From positions 1 to 64,000 of the forward strand of contig CAVVHS010000003.1 of NCBI GenBank assembly GCA_963748215.1: a DNA stretch of 64,000 bases, in the 5' to 3' direction. Each line of letters begins with the position of its first letter. The first letter of the stretch is position 1. Position numbers and translations under genes: made by a program. Below are positions 39,972-50,825 of the stretch, one piece after another. Source of the stretch: an uncultured Gammaproteobacteria bacterium (GTDB lineage: Bacteria > Pseudomonadota > Gammaproteobacteria > UBA9214). Below the pieces are notes generated by a model. It was not told where the DNA came from, searched no databases, and saw only the letters and a list, made by a program, of their open reading frames with translations.

Positions 39972-41288
39972 TCAGTCTGCGAGCGAATAAACCAGTCGGC
40001 CGCCAAGTAGCGTATGCAGGGCGCGGCCTTTCATTTCCCAGCCGGCGAATGGCGTATTGTGACCCTGACTGCGCATGCTGCGGGCATCCAGCAACCAGGT
40101 CAATTCCGGGTTGAAAATACAGATGTCGGCGAGGGCGCCCATTGCCAGGGTGCCGGCAGGCAGGCCGAGTATACGGGCCGGCCCGCAGGTCAGGCGGCGG
40201 ATCAGTTCCGGCAAGGTCAGGATGTTGTCCTCGGCCAGGCGCAGGGCCAGCGGCAGCAGCGAATCCAGCCCGGAGATGCCCGGTTCGGTCGCCGGAAACG
40301 GCCCCATCTTGGCATCGGGTTCGTGCGGTTGGTGATCCGAGCAGATGGCCTGGAAGGTGCCGTTCTGCAGGGCATCGCGTAGCTGCTGGCGATCCTCGAC
40401 CGTGCGCAGCGGCGGCAGCACATGGCACTGGCTGTCGAATTCACTGACGTCGTTTTCCGTCAGGTACAGATAGGGAATGGCCACGTCGGCAGTCACCGGC
40501 AGACCGTCAAAGCGTGCGCGTGCGACCATGCGGGCGGCACGACCTGAAGTCAGTCGGCAGAAATGCGCGCGCACCCCGGTTTGTCCGATCAGTGCCAGGG
40601 TATGGGCCACCGCCGCGGTCTCGGCCGCCTCCGGGATGCCGGGCAGGCCAAGCCGGGTCGCCACACGTCCCTCGTGTGCGCAGCCGTCGTTGGCCAGCCA
40701 GTGGTCGTTGGCGTGCAGAAACACGGTCAGGTCAAAGGTGACCGCGTATTCCAGCGCGCGGCGCAGAACCAGTGAATTCGCCACCGGCCGGAGGGTATTA
40801 CTGACGCCCACGCAGCCGGCCTTGCGCAAGGCCGCCATCTCGCTCAGTTGCTCGCCGGCCAGCGCGCGCGTCAGCGCGCCCAGGGTCACGACCCGTGCCT
40901 TGCCGCACTCGGTGGCGCGCAGGCGGATCAGTTCCACAACGGCCGGCGTGTCGATGATCGGGTTGGTGTCGGGCGGGCAGCACAGCGTAGTGATGCCGCC
41001 ACTGGCTGCAGCGCGGGTTTCCGAGGCGATCGTGGCCTTCTGTTCCTGGCCCGGTTCGCGCATCCGGGCGCTCAGTTCCACCAGGCCCGGACACACGATG
41101 CAGCCGCTTGCGTCCAGGGTTGCATCGGCCGTAAAGCCGTCGGGCGCCTTGTCCAGGCCGACGATCCTGCCCTTGGCGACGAACAGGTCGGCGCTGGTAT
41201 CGATATCATTGGCGGGGTCGATGATGCGGCCACCCCGAATGTGAAATCTGAGTTGCTTGCTGCGGCTGGCGGGCGACATGTCAGGCAC
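39972..41288 (-). CDS. Dihydroorotase-like protein (PyrC'-type, likely non-catalytic)
   Basis: [14 protein letters not shown] lacks the HxH metal ligands; SDHQPH and NTPF are present; adjacent to pyrB. Confidence 0.85.
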   Translation of the reverse strand: MPDMSPASRSKQLRFHIRGGRIIDPANDIDTSADLFVAKGRIVGLDKAPDGFTADATLDASGCIVCPGLVELSARMREPGQEQKATIASETRAAASGGITTLCCPPDTNPIIDTPAVVELIRLRATECGKARVVTLGALTRALAGEQLSEMAALRKAGCVGVSNTLRPVANSLVLRRALEYAVTFDLTVFLHANDHWLANDGCAHEGRVATRLGLPGIPEAAETAAVAHTLALIGQTGVRAHFCRLTSGRAARMVARARFDGLPVTADVAIPYLYLTENDVSEFDSQCHVLPPLRTVEDRQQLRDALQNGTFQAICSDHQPHEPDAKMGPFPATEPGISGLDSLLPLALRLAEDNILTLPELIRRLTCGPARILGLPAGTLAMGALADICIFNPELTWLLDARSMRSQGHNTPFAGWEMKGRALHTLLGGRLVYSLAD

Positions 41289-42252
41289 GGGCCTCCCGGC
41301 GTTGCATGGCCATGGACATTACGGCCATGCGCACCGCGATGCCGTGCGTGACCTGTTCCAGGATCACCGAGCGCGGCCCGTCCGCTACCTCGGAGTCCAT
41401 TTCCACGCCGCGGTTGATCGGCCCCGGGTGCATCACGGTGACGTCGGGGCTGGCATGCTCCAGTTTCTTTTCGGTCAGCCCGTACAACTCGTAGTATTCG
41501 TGCTCGCTGGGCAGCAGGGCGCCTTTCATGCGTTCATGCTGCAGCCGCAGCATCATGATCACGTCGACATCCTGGATGCCGGCACGCAGGTCATGGAAGA
41601 CGCGCACGCCCAGCGATTCCGCGTGCACCGGTATCAGCGTGCGCGGGGCGACGATACGCACCTCGCCGGTGTTGAGCAGGTTCAGTGCATGGATCTGCGA
41701 ACGCGCCACGCGCGAGTGCAGGATGTCACCGACGATGGCCACGCGCAGCCGTCCGAAATCCGGTCCCTTGACGCGCCGGATGGTGAACATGTCGAGCATT
41801 GCCTGGGTCGGGTGCGAATGCCTGCCATCGCCGGCGTTGATGACGCTGGTGTGCGGCGCCACGTTGCGTGCGATGAAATGCGCGGCACCGCTGTCGGCAT
41901 GACGGACCACGAACATGTCGACATGCATGGCCTCGATGTTGCGCAGTGTGTCGAGCAGCGTTTCACCCTTGACTGCGCTGGACTGGGTGATGTTGATGTT
42001 CAACACGTCCGCCGACAGGCGTTTCGCAGCCAGCTCGAAGGTGGTGCGAGTACGCGTACTGGCCTCGAAAAACAGGTTGACGATGGTCTTGCCGCGCAGC
42101 AGCGGGACCTTCTTGACGGTCTGTTCGGTAACGCCGGCAAAGGATTCCGCGGTATCGAGTATCTCGGTGAGCAGTTGCCGGTTCAGCCCGCTGAGGGTGA
42201 GGAAGTGGCGCAGCCGGCCCTCACTGTCGATTTGCAGATCCCGCGTATTCAT
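41281..42252 (-). CDS. pyrB: Aspartate carbamoyltransferase catalytic subunit
   Basis: [31 protein letters not shown]. Confidence 0.96.
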   Translation of the reverse strand: MNTRDLQIDSEGRLRHFLTLSGLNRQLLTEILDTAESFAGVTEQTVKKVPLLRGKTIVNLFFEASTRTRTTFELAAKRLSADVLNINITQSSAVKGETLLDTLRNIEAMHVDMFVVRHADSGAAHFIARNVAPHTSVINAGDGRHSHPTQAMLDMFTIRRVKGPDFGRLRVAIVGDILHSRVARSQIHALNLLNTGEVRIVAPRTLIPVHAESLGVRVFHDLRAGIQDVDVIMMLRLQHERMKGALLPSEHEYYELYGLTEKKLEHASPDVTVMHPGPINRGVEMDSEVADGPRSVILEQVTHGIAVRMAVMSMAMQRREARA

Positions 42253-42755
42253 GGATTGCGTCTGATTACCAGTTTCAGCGGGTCCGGTCCGGTCAGCTTG
42301 ATATGTTCGCCAGGCTGCAGCGTGACCCGGTGCCCGACGACGTCCGCTGCGATCGGCAGTTCGCGTCCGCCGCGGTCGATCAGTACTGCCAGCAGGATGG
42401 ATGCCGGTCGGCCGTAATCGAACAGTTCATTGAGCGCCGCACGGATGGTGCGCCCGGTGTGCAGGACGTCGTCCACCAGGATGATATGCCGGTCGTCGAT
42501 GCTGAATGGCATTTGCGACGGCTTCACCACCGGGTTCATCCCGATGCGGGTGAAATCGTCGCGGTAGAAGGAGATGTCCAGGCTGCCTGCGGCCCCGGTG
42601 AGGCCAAGGCGCTGCTGCAGCTGCATGGCGATCCAGACCCCGCCGCTGTGGATGCCGACTATTGCGAGGTCGGTGCGTCCGGTCTGCCTGATCAGCACCC
42701 TGAGTTGTTCCGTCATCTCGTCGAGGATGGCCGGGATGTCGTCAAAATCTGTCAT
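42249..42755 (-). CDS. pyrR: PyrR / uracil phosphoribosyltransferase-like
   Basis: [33 protein letters not shown]. Confidence 0.93.
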   Translation of the reverse strand: MTDFDDIPAILDEMTEQLRVLIRQTGRTDLAIVGIHSGGVWIAMQLQQRLGLTGAAGSLDISFYRDDFTRIGMNPVVKPSQMPFSIDDRHIILVDDVLHTGRTIRAALNELFDYGRPASILLAVLIDRGGRELPIAADVVGHRVTLQPGEHIKLTGPDPLKLVIRRNP

Positions 42756-43216
42756 GGTTGTTCCGTGTCCAGCCAGTCCTGGAGGATGATCCTGGCAGAA
42801 ATGGCATCGATACCGGTGGTCGCGCCCCGTGCGTCCTGCCTTTGCAGCTCGCCGGCGGTACGGGAGCTGAGGCGTTCATCCATGGTATGCACCGGTAGAC
42901 CGTAGCGTGCTTCCAGCTGCTGCGCAAACCGGCGCGCGACGCGCGTCATGCCCGAGTCGCTGCCATCCGCGTGACAGGGCAGTCCAACCACCAGCGCCTG
43001 CGGGCGCCATTCCCCGACCAGTGCGCCGATGCGCTGCCAGTCAGGGGTGCCATTGCTGGAATGCACGGTACACAGTGCGGTTGCGGTACGGGTGACGCCC
43101 TGGCCGACTGCGATACCGATGCGCTGTTTTCCATAGTCGAATCCAAGCAATGTCTGCAATGCTATTCGTTCGACCCCGTATTGACCGCGACCTTGGGCGC
43201 AGCCCGGGTCAGGCAT
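42752..43216 (-). CDS. ruvX: Pre-16S rRNA nuclease YqgF/RuvX
   Basis: LGFDYGKQRIGIAVG, VVGLP, DERLSS, DAISA. Confidence 0.92.
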   Translation of the reverse strand: MPDPGCAQGRGQYGVERIALQTLLGFDYGKQRIGIAVGQGVTRTATALCTVHSSNGTPDWQRIGALVGEWRPQALVVGLPCHADGSDSGMTRVARRFAQQLEARYGLPVHTMDERLSSRTAGELQRQDARGATTGIDAISARIILQDWLDTEQP

Positions 43217-43772
43217 GTCCCGGTTCGCTGGTTAGCAGGTGCAGGTCGACGCCGATCAGTTCGGCGGCCGCCAGCCAGCGACGCTCGGTCGGCGTGCGGA
43301 ACAGGATGTCCGCGCTGGCCGGGCCGCTCAGCCAGGTATTGGATGCCAGTTCCTGCTCCAGCTGGCCGGCGCCCCAGCCGGCATAGCCGAGGGTCACGAG
43401 GGCATTTGTCGGCCCCTTGCCCTCGGCGATGGCGGCGAGAATATCCCGCGAGGAAGTGATACCGATCTCGTCGGTCACCTTGAGGGTCGCCTCCCAGTCA
43501 CCGGGCGGTTCGTGCAGGACGAAACCGCGATCGCTTTGCACCGGGCCGCCCATGTAGACCGGTTGCGAGGCGATTTCGATATTGTCGGTGCGGATGTCCA
43601 TGTGCAGCAGGATCTCGCCCAGCTGGATGTCCAGCGGACGATTGATGACCACACCCAGCGCTCCGTTCTCGTCATGCTCGCAGATATACGTCGTGGTGTG
43701 ATGGAAATTGGGGTCTTCCAGCGTCGGCATGGCGATGAGGAAGTGGTTGCTCAGTGAGCTTGGATAAGTCAT
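43209..43772 (-). CDS. yqgE: YqgE/AlgH family protein
   Basis: FLIAMP, GGPV, GYAGWGAGQLEQE. Confidence 0.92.
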   Translation of the reverse strand: MTYPSSLSNHFLIAMPTLEDPNFHHTTTYICEHDENGALGVVINRPLDIQLGEILLHMDIRTDNIEIASQPVYMGGPVQSDRGFVLHEPPGDWEATLKVTDEIGITSSRDILAAIAEGKGPTNALVTLGYAGWGAGQLEQELASNTWLSGPASADILFRTPTERRWLAAAELIGVDLHLLTSEPGHA

Positions 43773-43840
43773 GCCCCTAGTATCAGGCAGAGTGCCGGTT
43801 GCCTTCAAGCCTTGCCGTGAAGTTACCGGGATTTCCGGGG

Positions 43841-44695
43841 CTAGCGGCTTTTCATCCGGTCCGTGGAAAACTCCCAGGTACGCGTGATGTGCAGGATGTC
43901 GGCATGTTTGAGGATTTCCGGCGGAAAGGGTGCAAACGGGGCGGCGAGGTTGACGATTCGTGTGGCCGCCTCGTCGATGACGGTGTATCCGGATGGGCGC
44001 AGGATCCTGATATCACGCACCGTGCCGTCGGCATTGAGCGCCACGTCCATCATGAGTTTGCCGGAGATGCCGGCCCGGCGTGCTTCGTCCGGGTAGTTAA
44101 GGTTGCCGACCCGCTCCACTTTCTTCACCCATTCCGCCATGTAGTTTGCATACCTGAACTCCTGGGTGCGCGCGGAGACAAAGATCTGCTTGGGCCGCTT
44201 GGCATAGGCCTGCATGGTCTCGCTCAGCTGCTCGCTGAGATTGACCATTTCCATGCTGCGCTTGATCAGTTCCGACGCCGTGAGGTCGGGTGACTCCTCT
44301 TCGGGCATGTCGGTCTTTTCCTGGCGGACCTGGATCTCGGAAGTGGTCGCCGTCAACACCTGTGCAGGTGCGGCCTCCGGCCGCTGCGGCCTGACCGCCG
44401 GCGCCTGTTCCGGGACCGCGAGTACCGGTTTGACCTTTTCACTGACATTGCCGCCACCGTCCTGGCTGGTCTGGGCCAGGTAATCCGCCTCGTCGGGTGG
44501 CGGGGTCTTGCGGTTTGACACGGTGATATCGAGCGTCGGCAAGGTGTTAGTGGGCGGCGGGTCCTCGTACAGCCCGAAGGTTATACCGAGGATGATAATG
44601 GCATGTATGGCCAGCGCAAAGAACAGGGTCAGTGCGAAGCGGTCCGTGGTGGTGACTGCTGATTCTGCAATGAGTGGCGCGTCTATGTCCTGCAT
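43841..44695 (-). CDS. TonB-family energy transducer
   Basis: N-terminal TM helix with HAII; C-terminal KVERVGNLNYP...AAPFAPFP...ITRTWEF. Confidence 0.85.
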   Translation of the reverse strand: MQDIDAPLIAESAVTTTDRFALTLFFALAIHAIIILGITFGLYEDPPPTNTLPTLDITVSNRKTPPPDEADYLAQTSQDGGGNVSEKVKPVLAVPEQAPAVRPQRPEAAPAQVLTATTSEIQVRQEKTDMPEEESPDLTASELIKRSMEMVNLSEQLSETMQAYAKRPKQIFVSARTQEFRYANYMAEWVKKVERVGNLNYPDEARRAGISGKLMMDVALNADGTVRDIRILRPSGYTVIDEAATRIVNLAAPFAPFPPEILKHADILHITRTWEFSTDRMKSR

Positions 44696-44817
44696 GCCGG
44701 TTCCGGTATATCCATGACGCGGCTCATTATACCGCTGATAGGTGTTGACAGGTGTGCCCTGGTCGGCAGGTGCCGGGTCAGCCCTCGGTCGGCGTCAGAC
44801 AGGGTGGCTCCTGCATG

Positions 44818-45249
44818 TTACCAGCAATGTTGCCGCAGGTAGTTGGTGTTTTCCTTGCGCGCAGCATGATTGCCGGTGCGGTACTGTCTGGCGCGGCTTT
44901 CCCGGCAGTCCTTGCGCCGCTTTGCCAGGTCGCGGGCATTCTGCCGGCGTGCCAGTTGCGCGCTGCGGTGCTGAAGATCGCGGCGCCGCTCGATGGCCTG
45001 CAGGGATGCTTTCTCACCAGGGCGCAGTCCCTGTGCGGCAACTGCCCCTGCCGGCGCGGGTTCGAGTTCGCGGCGGACCACCGGTGGACCGGCCGGCGCG
45101 ATATCGCTGAAATGCGGAATACCCGCGGCGTCAGTCCAGTGATAGACCGTGTCCGCAGCGCCCGGTGCTGGCAGGACGAGCAGCAGCAACAGACGGGCAA
45201 CCGGCCGGTGCCACGGCAGAAAAATATAACAAACTGAATCATAAGCCAT
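44818..45249 (-). CDS. DUF4124-type secreted protein
   Basis: Signal-like LLLLLVLPAPGAA followed by VYHWTDAAGIPHFSD. Confidence 0.7.
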   Translation of the reverse strand: MAYDSVCYIFLPWHRPVARLLLLLVLPAPGAADTVYHWTDAAGIPHFSDIAPAGPPVVRRELEPAPAGAVAAQGLRPGEKASLQAIERRRDLQHRSAQLARRQNARDLAKRRKDCRESRARQYRTGNHAARKENTNYLRQHCW

Positions 45250-45488
45250 ATATCTCTCAATCCTCGGGTTTTACGGAAACTGCCAGGGATGGTTGGAGTC
45301 TATCCTGCCGGGGCGGTGCCGTCATTGCCGTCACGCCCGTCATTCGGTCGGAAATGCCTGATTTTAAGGGTAAAGCGCGCCCGTCTTCAGCCGATAACTG
45401 GCGGACACTAGCATGCAGGAACTGTTAAACACACCGGTAATAGCGGCGCCCGGCTGGCCGGGAAATTGCCGGACCCGGGGACGGCTGG

Positions 45489-45887
45489 GTGGAAATATTG
45501 ATTGTGAGAGGATTCCTTAATCGAGGTTTGGCCTGCCTGGCGGGCATCTCGCTGATGTACGCCATGCAGGCCGGCGCCCAGGATGATTACCTGAGCATCC
45601 TCGAGGCCGAGGCCGACGATACCGGTGGACCCACGAATACGGGTGACGCCGCGCCCGCCGCGCGGCCAGCTAAAAAGTTCAGAAGTGTACAGGACAACCA
45701 GGTCATCAGGCCGGCGATGGGATTCGAGGAGTTCGAGGCGGAGCTCAGTGCCAACTTTACCGGCACCTGGATACTGTACGACAAGCTGGCGATCAGGCAA
45801 CGCGCGGCCGTATACAGCGCCTACCAGGAAGATAACCGGACGGAGCAGGTGCGGGAAGTCATTGTCAAGATGCTGTCCGCGCGATGA
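45489..45887 (+). CDS. Hypothetical secreted protein
   Basis: Signal-like N-terminus, DDYLSILEAEA, FEEFEAEL...GTWILYDKL. Confidence 0.6.
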   Translation: MEILIVRGFLNRGLACLAGISLMYAMQAGAQDDYLSILEAEADDTGGPTNTGDAAPAARPAKKFRSVQDNQVIRPAMGFEEFEAELSANFTGTWILYDKLAIRQRAAVYSAYQEDNRTEQVREVIVKMLSAR

Positions 45888-45931
45888 CGGAACAGCGGTT
45901 GAATTCGGACATATCAAGAGGGATGGTCATT

Positions 45932-46681
45932 ATGAAGAAGCTGGTAACCGGAATTTTCGCTGCTGGAGTGCTGTCGGCAACAGCCCTGCTGGTGCCCGCA
46001 AGCGCGCAGGCAGTGGATGTCATGCTGACCGACTACCTGGCCTATCTGCAAGTCATTCATGACGGCCAGCCGGTACGTGTCGAGCGTATCCAGGACCAGC
46101 AGCATATGCTCAATGACGGCTTCGCCAAGACATCGCGCAAGTGTCCGCCATTTTGCATACAGCCGATGAAGGTCGCGCCCGGCGTAACCACGATCGGGGA
46201 AGCTGAAATCTTCCGCTTCATGGAGCGCCAGCTTGCACAGGGCACCGGTCTCATCATCGATGCGCGTACACCGTCGTGGTACGAGAAGGGCACCATCCCG
46301 GGTTCGATCAATATCCCGTTCACCGTGTTCTCCGGCGATGCCAGTGAGCCGGAAACGAGCGCAGCACTGGAGAAGGTCGGCGGCGCACGGCGTGGTGAAG
46401 TCGGTACCATGACCCGCAAGTTCGAGCAGGCGATGGCACCACTGGGTATGTTCGGTGCCAACGCCAAGACCGATAGCTGGGATTTCACGAATGCCAAGGA
46501 ACTCGTGTTGTGGTGCAACGGACCATGGTGTGGCCAGTCACCGCGCGCCATCAAGGGGCTGATCGACCATGGTTTCCCGCCCGGGAAGATTTTCTATTAC
46601 CGCGGCGGCATGCAGATGTGGAAAATCCTCGGGCTGACCGTGGTGGTGCCGGATGGCGAGAAGTCGGTTGCCCTGAAGTAG
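45932..46681 (+). CDS. Periplasmic rhodanese-like sulfurtransferase
   Basis: Signal peptide; RKCPPFCIQP; IDAR, GTIPGSINIP, WCNGPWCGQS, YYRGGMQMW. Confidence 0.85.
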   Translation: MKKLVTGIFAAGVLSATALLVPASAQAVDVMLTDYLAYLQVIHDGQPVRVERIQDQQHMLNDGFAKTSRKCPPFCIQPMKVAPGVTTIGEAEIFRFMERQLAQGTGLIIDARTPSWYEKGTIPGSINIPFTVFSGDASEPETSAALEKVGGARRGEVGTMTRKFEQAMAPLGMFGANAKTDSWDFTNAKELVLWCNGPWCGQSPRAIKGLIDHGFPPGKIFYYRGGMQMWKILGLTVVVPDGEKSVALK

Positions 46682-46704
46682 GGAGAGTCGCCAGGCGATA
46701 CTGC

Positions 46705-46731
46705 AGGGGGCGCCATAGCGCCCTCTTTTTT
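46705..46731 (+). terminator. Rho-independent terminator
   Basis: AGGGGGCGC-CATA-GCGCCCTCTTTTTT. Confidence 0.7.
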
Positions 46732-46738
46732 ATGTGCG

Positions 46739-47659
46739 TCACGCCATGTCCATTACGTGCCGGATTTCCGGCTGCATCCGTTGCACGCAATTCCGTCCTT
46801 CCTCTATCGCCTCGCTGGCGCGATAGAATTCCAGCAGGCCGATATGTGCAAGTCTCGGGGTCAGGAGGATATCCGGCGGGTCGCCAGCCATTCGGCTGCG
46901 AGTGATCCTGTCCTGGGCAATGTTCACGGAGCCGGCAATGGCATCGAACAGGCCTGGTGGCTGGTCCTCTGACTCGGGGGAGGAAAAAAGATCTCCGGTA
47001 TATTCCCTGACCAGGTCCGTCACGAGGTCGGTAACCTTGTTGATATGGTTCGGCTGTTTTTTTAGCTGTTTTTCCGGCTGCTCGAAGTGCTTCCCGGCAA
47101 TATTTCCGTTCAGGTTGACCGCAATGACGATGTCGGCACCGAGTGCCCTGCTGACGGATACCGGCACGGGATTCACCAGTCCGCCGTCAACCAGCCACTT
47201 GCTGTCGTTCCTGATCGCAGGGAACAGGCCCGGCAGGGAAATGGATGCCCACACGGCTTCGATGATCGGGCCCGATGTGAACCAGACTTCCCTGCCGGTT
47301 TGCAGGTCGGTCGAAACAGCAGCATAGCCCTTGTCGAATGACTCTATCGTAGCATCATCCCCGGCGACGCATTTATTCAGAAAACCATGCAGACGTTTGG
47401 TATTGACGAAACCGTTCATTGCAGAACTGATTTCGAAAAATCTGGCTGTGTCGAGCTTCGTCAGCGAACGAACCCAGTCTTCGAGTTTCGGTAAATTTCC
47501 CGCCACGAAGGATGCGCCAACAATGGATCCAATCGATGTGCCACAGATGATATCCGGTTCTATGCCGAGATCGGCCAGTGCGCCGATGATGCCGATATGC
47601 GACCAGCCACGGGAAGATCCGCTGCCGAGCGCCAGTCCGATTTTGGGTTTCGATTTCAT
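46739..47659 (-). CDS. rssA: Patatin-like phospholipase RssA
   Basis: LALGSGSSRGWSHIG, GTSIG, DGG. Confidence 0.85.
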   Translation of the reverse strand: MKSKPKIGLALGSGSSRGWSHIGIIGALADLGIEPDIICGTSIGSIVGASFVAGNLPKLEDWVRSLTKLDTARFFEISSAMNGFVNTKRLHGFLNKCVAGDDATIESFDKGYAAVSTDLQTGREVWFTSGPIIEAVWASISLPGLFPAIRNDSKWLVDGGLVNPVPVSVSRALGADIVIAVNLNGNIAGKHFEQPEKQLKKQPNHINKVTDLVTDLVREYTGDLFSSPESEDQPPGLFDAIAGSVNIAQDRITRSRMAGDPPDILLTPRLAHIGLLEFYRASEAIEEGRNCVQRMQPEIRHVMDMA

Positions 47660-47715
47660 CAGTGGCCGTTTCCTGATTGCATGTGCATTATATAGATAAG
47701 AGCAGTGACACGTGA

Positions 47716-48786
47716 TCAGGGTCGGGGTAATGCAGTTTCCAGCGAAGGGTTGCCGCTGACGTGTACCAATGCATCGATATCGGGTGCCAGTTCGATAATT
47801 GCCCGCATGGCCGGTGTCATGTGGATTGTGCCGCCACTGTCGACCAGCATGACGCGGTCGATACCCATTTGCCGTGCGATGGCGGTCCATTCGGCAGGGC
47901 CTGCCACGAACAATGCTGTGGCTGCGGCATCTGCAATGGCGCCTTGTTCGTGTACCACGGTGACCGCGCTGCTGCCGATGGCCGGATAGCCGGTACGCGG
48001 ATCGAGTATATGGTGGAAGCGTTTGCCATTTGCCTCGAACAGTCGCTCATAATCGCCCGAGGTGAAAATACTGGTATCGCCACTGCTGTCGATACTTGCC
48101 ATGATGCCGTTTTTGCGCGGATCTCGAATGCCGACATGCCACGGACGCTCGCCATGCATGCCGATAGCGCGCAGGTCGCCACCGGCATTGACGATGGCAT
48201 TGTCGATGCCGCGGGCACGCAGCAGGTCGATCACACGGTCGATTGCATAGCCCTTCGCGAAACCGCCGAGGTCGTAGGCTACTTCCGGGTTTCGGCAGCG
48301 TACCCGCGTGCCCTCGATTTCAACGTCGTCTACCGTTGGTGCGCTAGCCAGCCATTTCCCGATGGCGGCAGGATCGGGCTGCGTGCCGGCTGGCAGCGGA
48401 TTACCCTGAAATCCCCATAGTGAAATCAGTCTGCCGAGCACCGGGTTGAACAGGCCATTGCTGAGCTTCGACAGGCGGTTTGCCTCCGTGATCAGGGGTA
48501 GCAGCCCGGGATCGAGCGTGAACGGCTGCAGCGTGGCAAGCCGTGCATTGACCTGCGTCAGCAGTCCCGGTTCCCAGGCATGCCAGTCACGATGCCAGCG
48601 CTGGAACTGCTGTTCGATCTCGGCGGTGACCTGCCCGGCATGGCCGGGATCGACACCGTACAGGGTGATGTCAACCAGCGTGCCAAAGGCTAGGAACTGG
48701 TCGCGGTATACCTGCTCCCGCACGTCATTGCATGCAACGGCCAGCAATGCGCACATTACTGTCAATGTGACCCGCAGTCCGGTCAT
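47716..48786 (-). CDS. apbE: FAD:protein FMN transferase (lipoprotein)
   Basis: Lipobox AVAC, DLGGFAKGY, NAGGD, TSGDYER, HHILDPRTG. Confidence 0.92.
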   Translation of the reverse strand: MTGLRVTLTVMCALLAVACNDVREQVYRDQFLAFGTLVDITLYGVDPGHAGQVTAEIEQQFQRWHRDWHAWEPGLLTQVNARLATLQPFTLDPGLLPLITEANRLSKLSNGLFNPVLGRLISLWGFQGNPLPAGTQPDPAAIGKWLASAPTVDDVEIEGTRVRCRNPEVAYDLGGFAKGYAIDRVIDLLRARGIDNAIVNAGGDLRAIGMHGERPWHVGIRDPRKNGIMASIDSSGDTSIFTSGDYERLFEANGKRFHHILDPRTGYPAIGSSAVTVVHEQGAIADAAATALFVAGPAEWTAIARQMGIDRVMLVDSGGTIHMTPAMRAIIELAPDIDALVHVSGNPSLETALPRP

Positions 48787-49739
48787 TCGGTCTTTTTCAG
48801 CCTGCGTGCAATGGTATCCATCAGCTGGCCCGCGATATCGGCACCGTACTGTGCATCGAGTTCGCGAATACAGGTAGGGCTGGTCACGTTGATCTCCGTC
48901 AGGTAATCACCTATGACGTCGAGGCCGACGAACAGCAACCCGCGTTCGCGCAGCGTCGGCCCGACCTGGTTGCAAATCCAGCGGTCATGTTCGCCGAGAT
49001 CCACGCCCAGTCCGGTGGCGCCTGCCGCGAGATTGCCGCGGGTTTCGCCGGCAGCGGGAATGCGTGCCAGCGCATGCGGGAAGGGTTCGCCATCGATCAG
49101 CAGGATACGCTTGTCGCCGGCGCTGATTTCCGGGATGTAGCGCTGGGCCATTGCACTGCGGCGTCCGTTATCGGTGATGGTTTCCAGAATCACGTGCAGG
49201 TTCGGGTCCTGCGGACGCACCCTGAAAACCGAGGCCCCGCCCATCCCGTTCAGCGGTTTCACGATGATATCGCCGTGTGAATGCAGGAACTCTTCCAGCA
49301 GTCGCTGGTCCCGGCTGACCCGCATCGGCACGCAGCAGTCTGCGAACCATGCAGTGTAGAGTTTTTCGTTGGCGTCACGGATGGCGCCCGGCCGGTTGAC
49401 CACCAGTACGCCATCAACCTCGGCGCGCTCCAGCAGATAGGTGGTGTAGAGATATTCCATATCGAAGGGCGGGTCCTTGCGCATCAGCACTACATCCAGG
49501 TCGGTCAACGGTGCGGCCCGGGCAGTGCCCAGCGTGTACCAGTCCTCAGGATCAGGGCGTACCTCCAGCCGCGCCGTGTATGCGTGGCAGTGGCTGTCTT
49601 CCAGGAACAGGCCGGTCTGCTCCATGTAATAGAGCTCCCAGCCGCGTTGCTGCGCGGCCAGCAACATCGCCAGCGTGCTGTCCTTCTTGTAATTGATGGC
49701 CCCTATAGGGTCCATGACAACACCGAGTTTGATGCTCAT
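48783..49739 (-). CDS. gshB: Glutathione synthetase
   Basis: MRKDPPFD, NEKL, GDKR, RGNLAAG, EINVTSPT; divergent from pilG. Confidence 0.96.
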   Translation of the reverse strand: MSIKLGVVMDPIGAINYKKDSTLAMLLAAQQRGWELYYMEQTGLFLEDSHCHAYTARLEVRPDPEDWYTLGTARAAPLTDLDVVLMRKDPPFDMEYLYTTYLLERAEVDGVLVVNRPGAIRDANEKLYTAWFADCCVPMRVSRDQRLLEEFLHSHGDIIVKPLNGMGGASVFRVRPQDPNLHVILETITDNGRRSAMAQRYIPEISAGDKRILLIDGEPFPHALARIPAAGETRGNLAAGATGLGVDLGEHDRWICNQVGPTLRERGLLFVGLDVIGDYLTEINVTSPTCIRELDAQYGADIAGQLMDTIARRLKKTE

Positions 49740-49959
49740 AAGTATCCTGTTTTCGCTTGCTTGCGGAGTCCCGTCAGCTGCGTTCGCCGAGTGCGTAAAG
49801 TTTGCTGATCCCGTGACGATAAACCGTTGTATCCGAAAGCCAATACTAAATTAATTCATGGCACGGGGAGTGACCAGCGCGCCGGAAAGCCGGCGCAAGG
49901 CTCGGCATAACTGCCGGTTGTAAATAAACATCTTATGAAACATACAGATAGGGGTCACC

Positions 49960-50415
49960 ATGCAGATTAGCATACCGGCAGATGAAATGCTTGAAACCGG
50001 CACGGCCGAGACTTCGGCAGCACCCGGCGCCGAGGGTGCCCGCGGTATCAAGATCATGGTGATCGATGACAGCAAGACCATACGCCGCACGGCGGAGACG
50101 CTGCTGAAGAAAGAAGGCTTTGAGGTGATCGTGGCCACCGACGGATTCGAGGCGCTCAGCATGGTAGCCGACCACAAGCCAGACCTGATCTTCCTGGACA
50201 TCATGATGCCGCGCCTGGATGGCTACCAGACCTGCGCCCTTATCAAGCATCACCGGGTGTTCAAACATACCCCGGTAGTGATGCTGTCCAGCAAGGATGG
50301 ATTGTTCGACCGTGCACGTGGCCGGGTGGTCGGTTCCGATAACTACATCACCAAGCCATTTACACGGGAAGAGCTGCTCGGAGCTATTGAAAAACATTGC
50401 GCAAAAGCAGCGTAG
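49960..50415 (+). CDS. pilG: Twitching motility response regulator PilG
   Basis: IDDSKTIRRTAETLL, DGYQTCALIK, SSKDGLFD. Confidence 0.93.
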   Translation: MQISIPADEMLETGTAETSAAPGAEGARGIKIMVIDDSKTIRRTAETLLKKEGFEVIVATDGFEALSMVADHKPDLIFLDIMMPRLDGYQTCALIKHHRVFKHTPVVMLSSKDGLFDRARGRVVGSDNYITKPFTREELLGAIEKHCAKAA

Positions 50416-50458
50416 GGAAACAGGTTGACGGCGTAGATTATTCCACGAGGCAATATCG

Positions 50459-50824
50459 ATGACACGAATAATGATAGTTGATGATTCACCGACCGATGCT
50501 CATGTGCTCAAGAAAATGCTTGAGAAGAACGGTTACAGTACGGTGCTTGCCACGGATGCCAACGAAGGCATCGAGGTCGCACGGCGCGAAAAGCCTGACC
50601 TGATACTGATGGATGTCGTTATGCCGGGTCTCAATGGCTTTCAGGCCACGCGAGAACTGACATCTGATCCTGAGACGGCGGGAATACCGGTCATCATCGT
50701 GACACGAAAGGACCAGCAGGTTGACCGGGTCTGGGGTATGCGCCAGGGTGCACGTGATTACCTTACCAAGCCGGTCAAGGAAAACACCTTGCTGAGCCTG
50801 ATCAACCAGGCACTGGTTGCGTAG
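50459..50824 (+). CDS. pilH: Twitching motility response regulator PilH
   Basis: VDDSPT, MDVVMPGLNGFQATR, DRVWGMRQGA. Confidence 0.93.
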   Translation: MTRIMIVDDSPTDAHVLKKMLEKNGYSTVLATDANEGIEVARREKPDLILMDVVMPGLNGFQATRELTSDPETAGIPVIIVTRKDQQVDRVWGMRQGARDYLTKPVKENTLLSLINQALVA

Positions 50825-50825
50825 T

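Noticed and set aside
39972-41288. Novel inactivated dihydroorotase
   Set aside because: Non-catalytic PyrC' next to pyrB is already known from Pseudomonas-type ATCase complexes.
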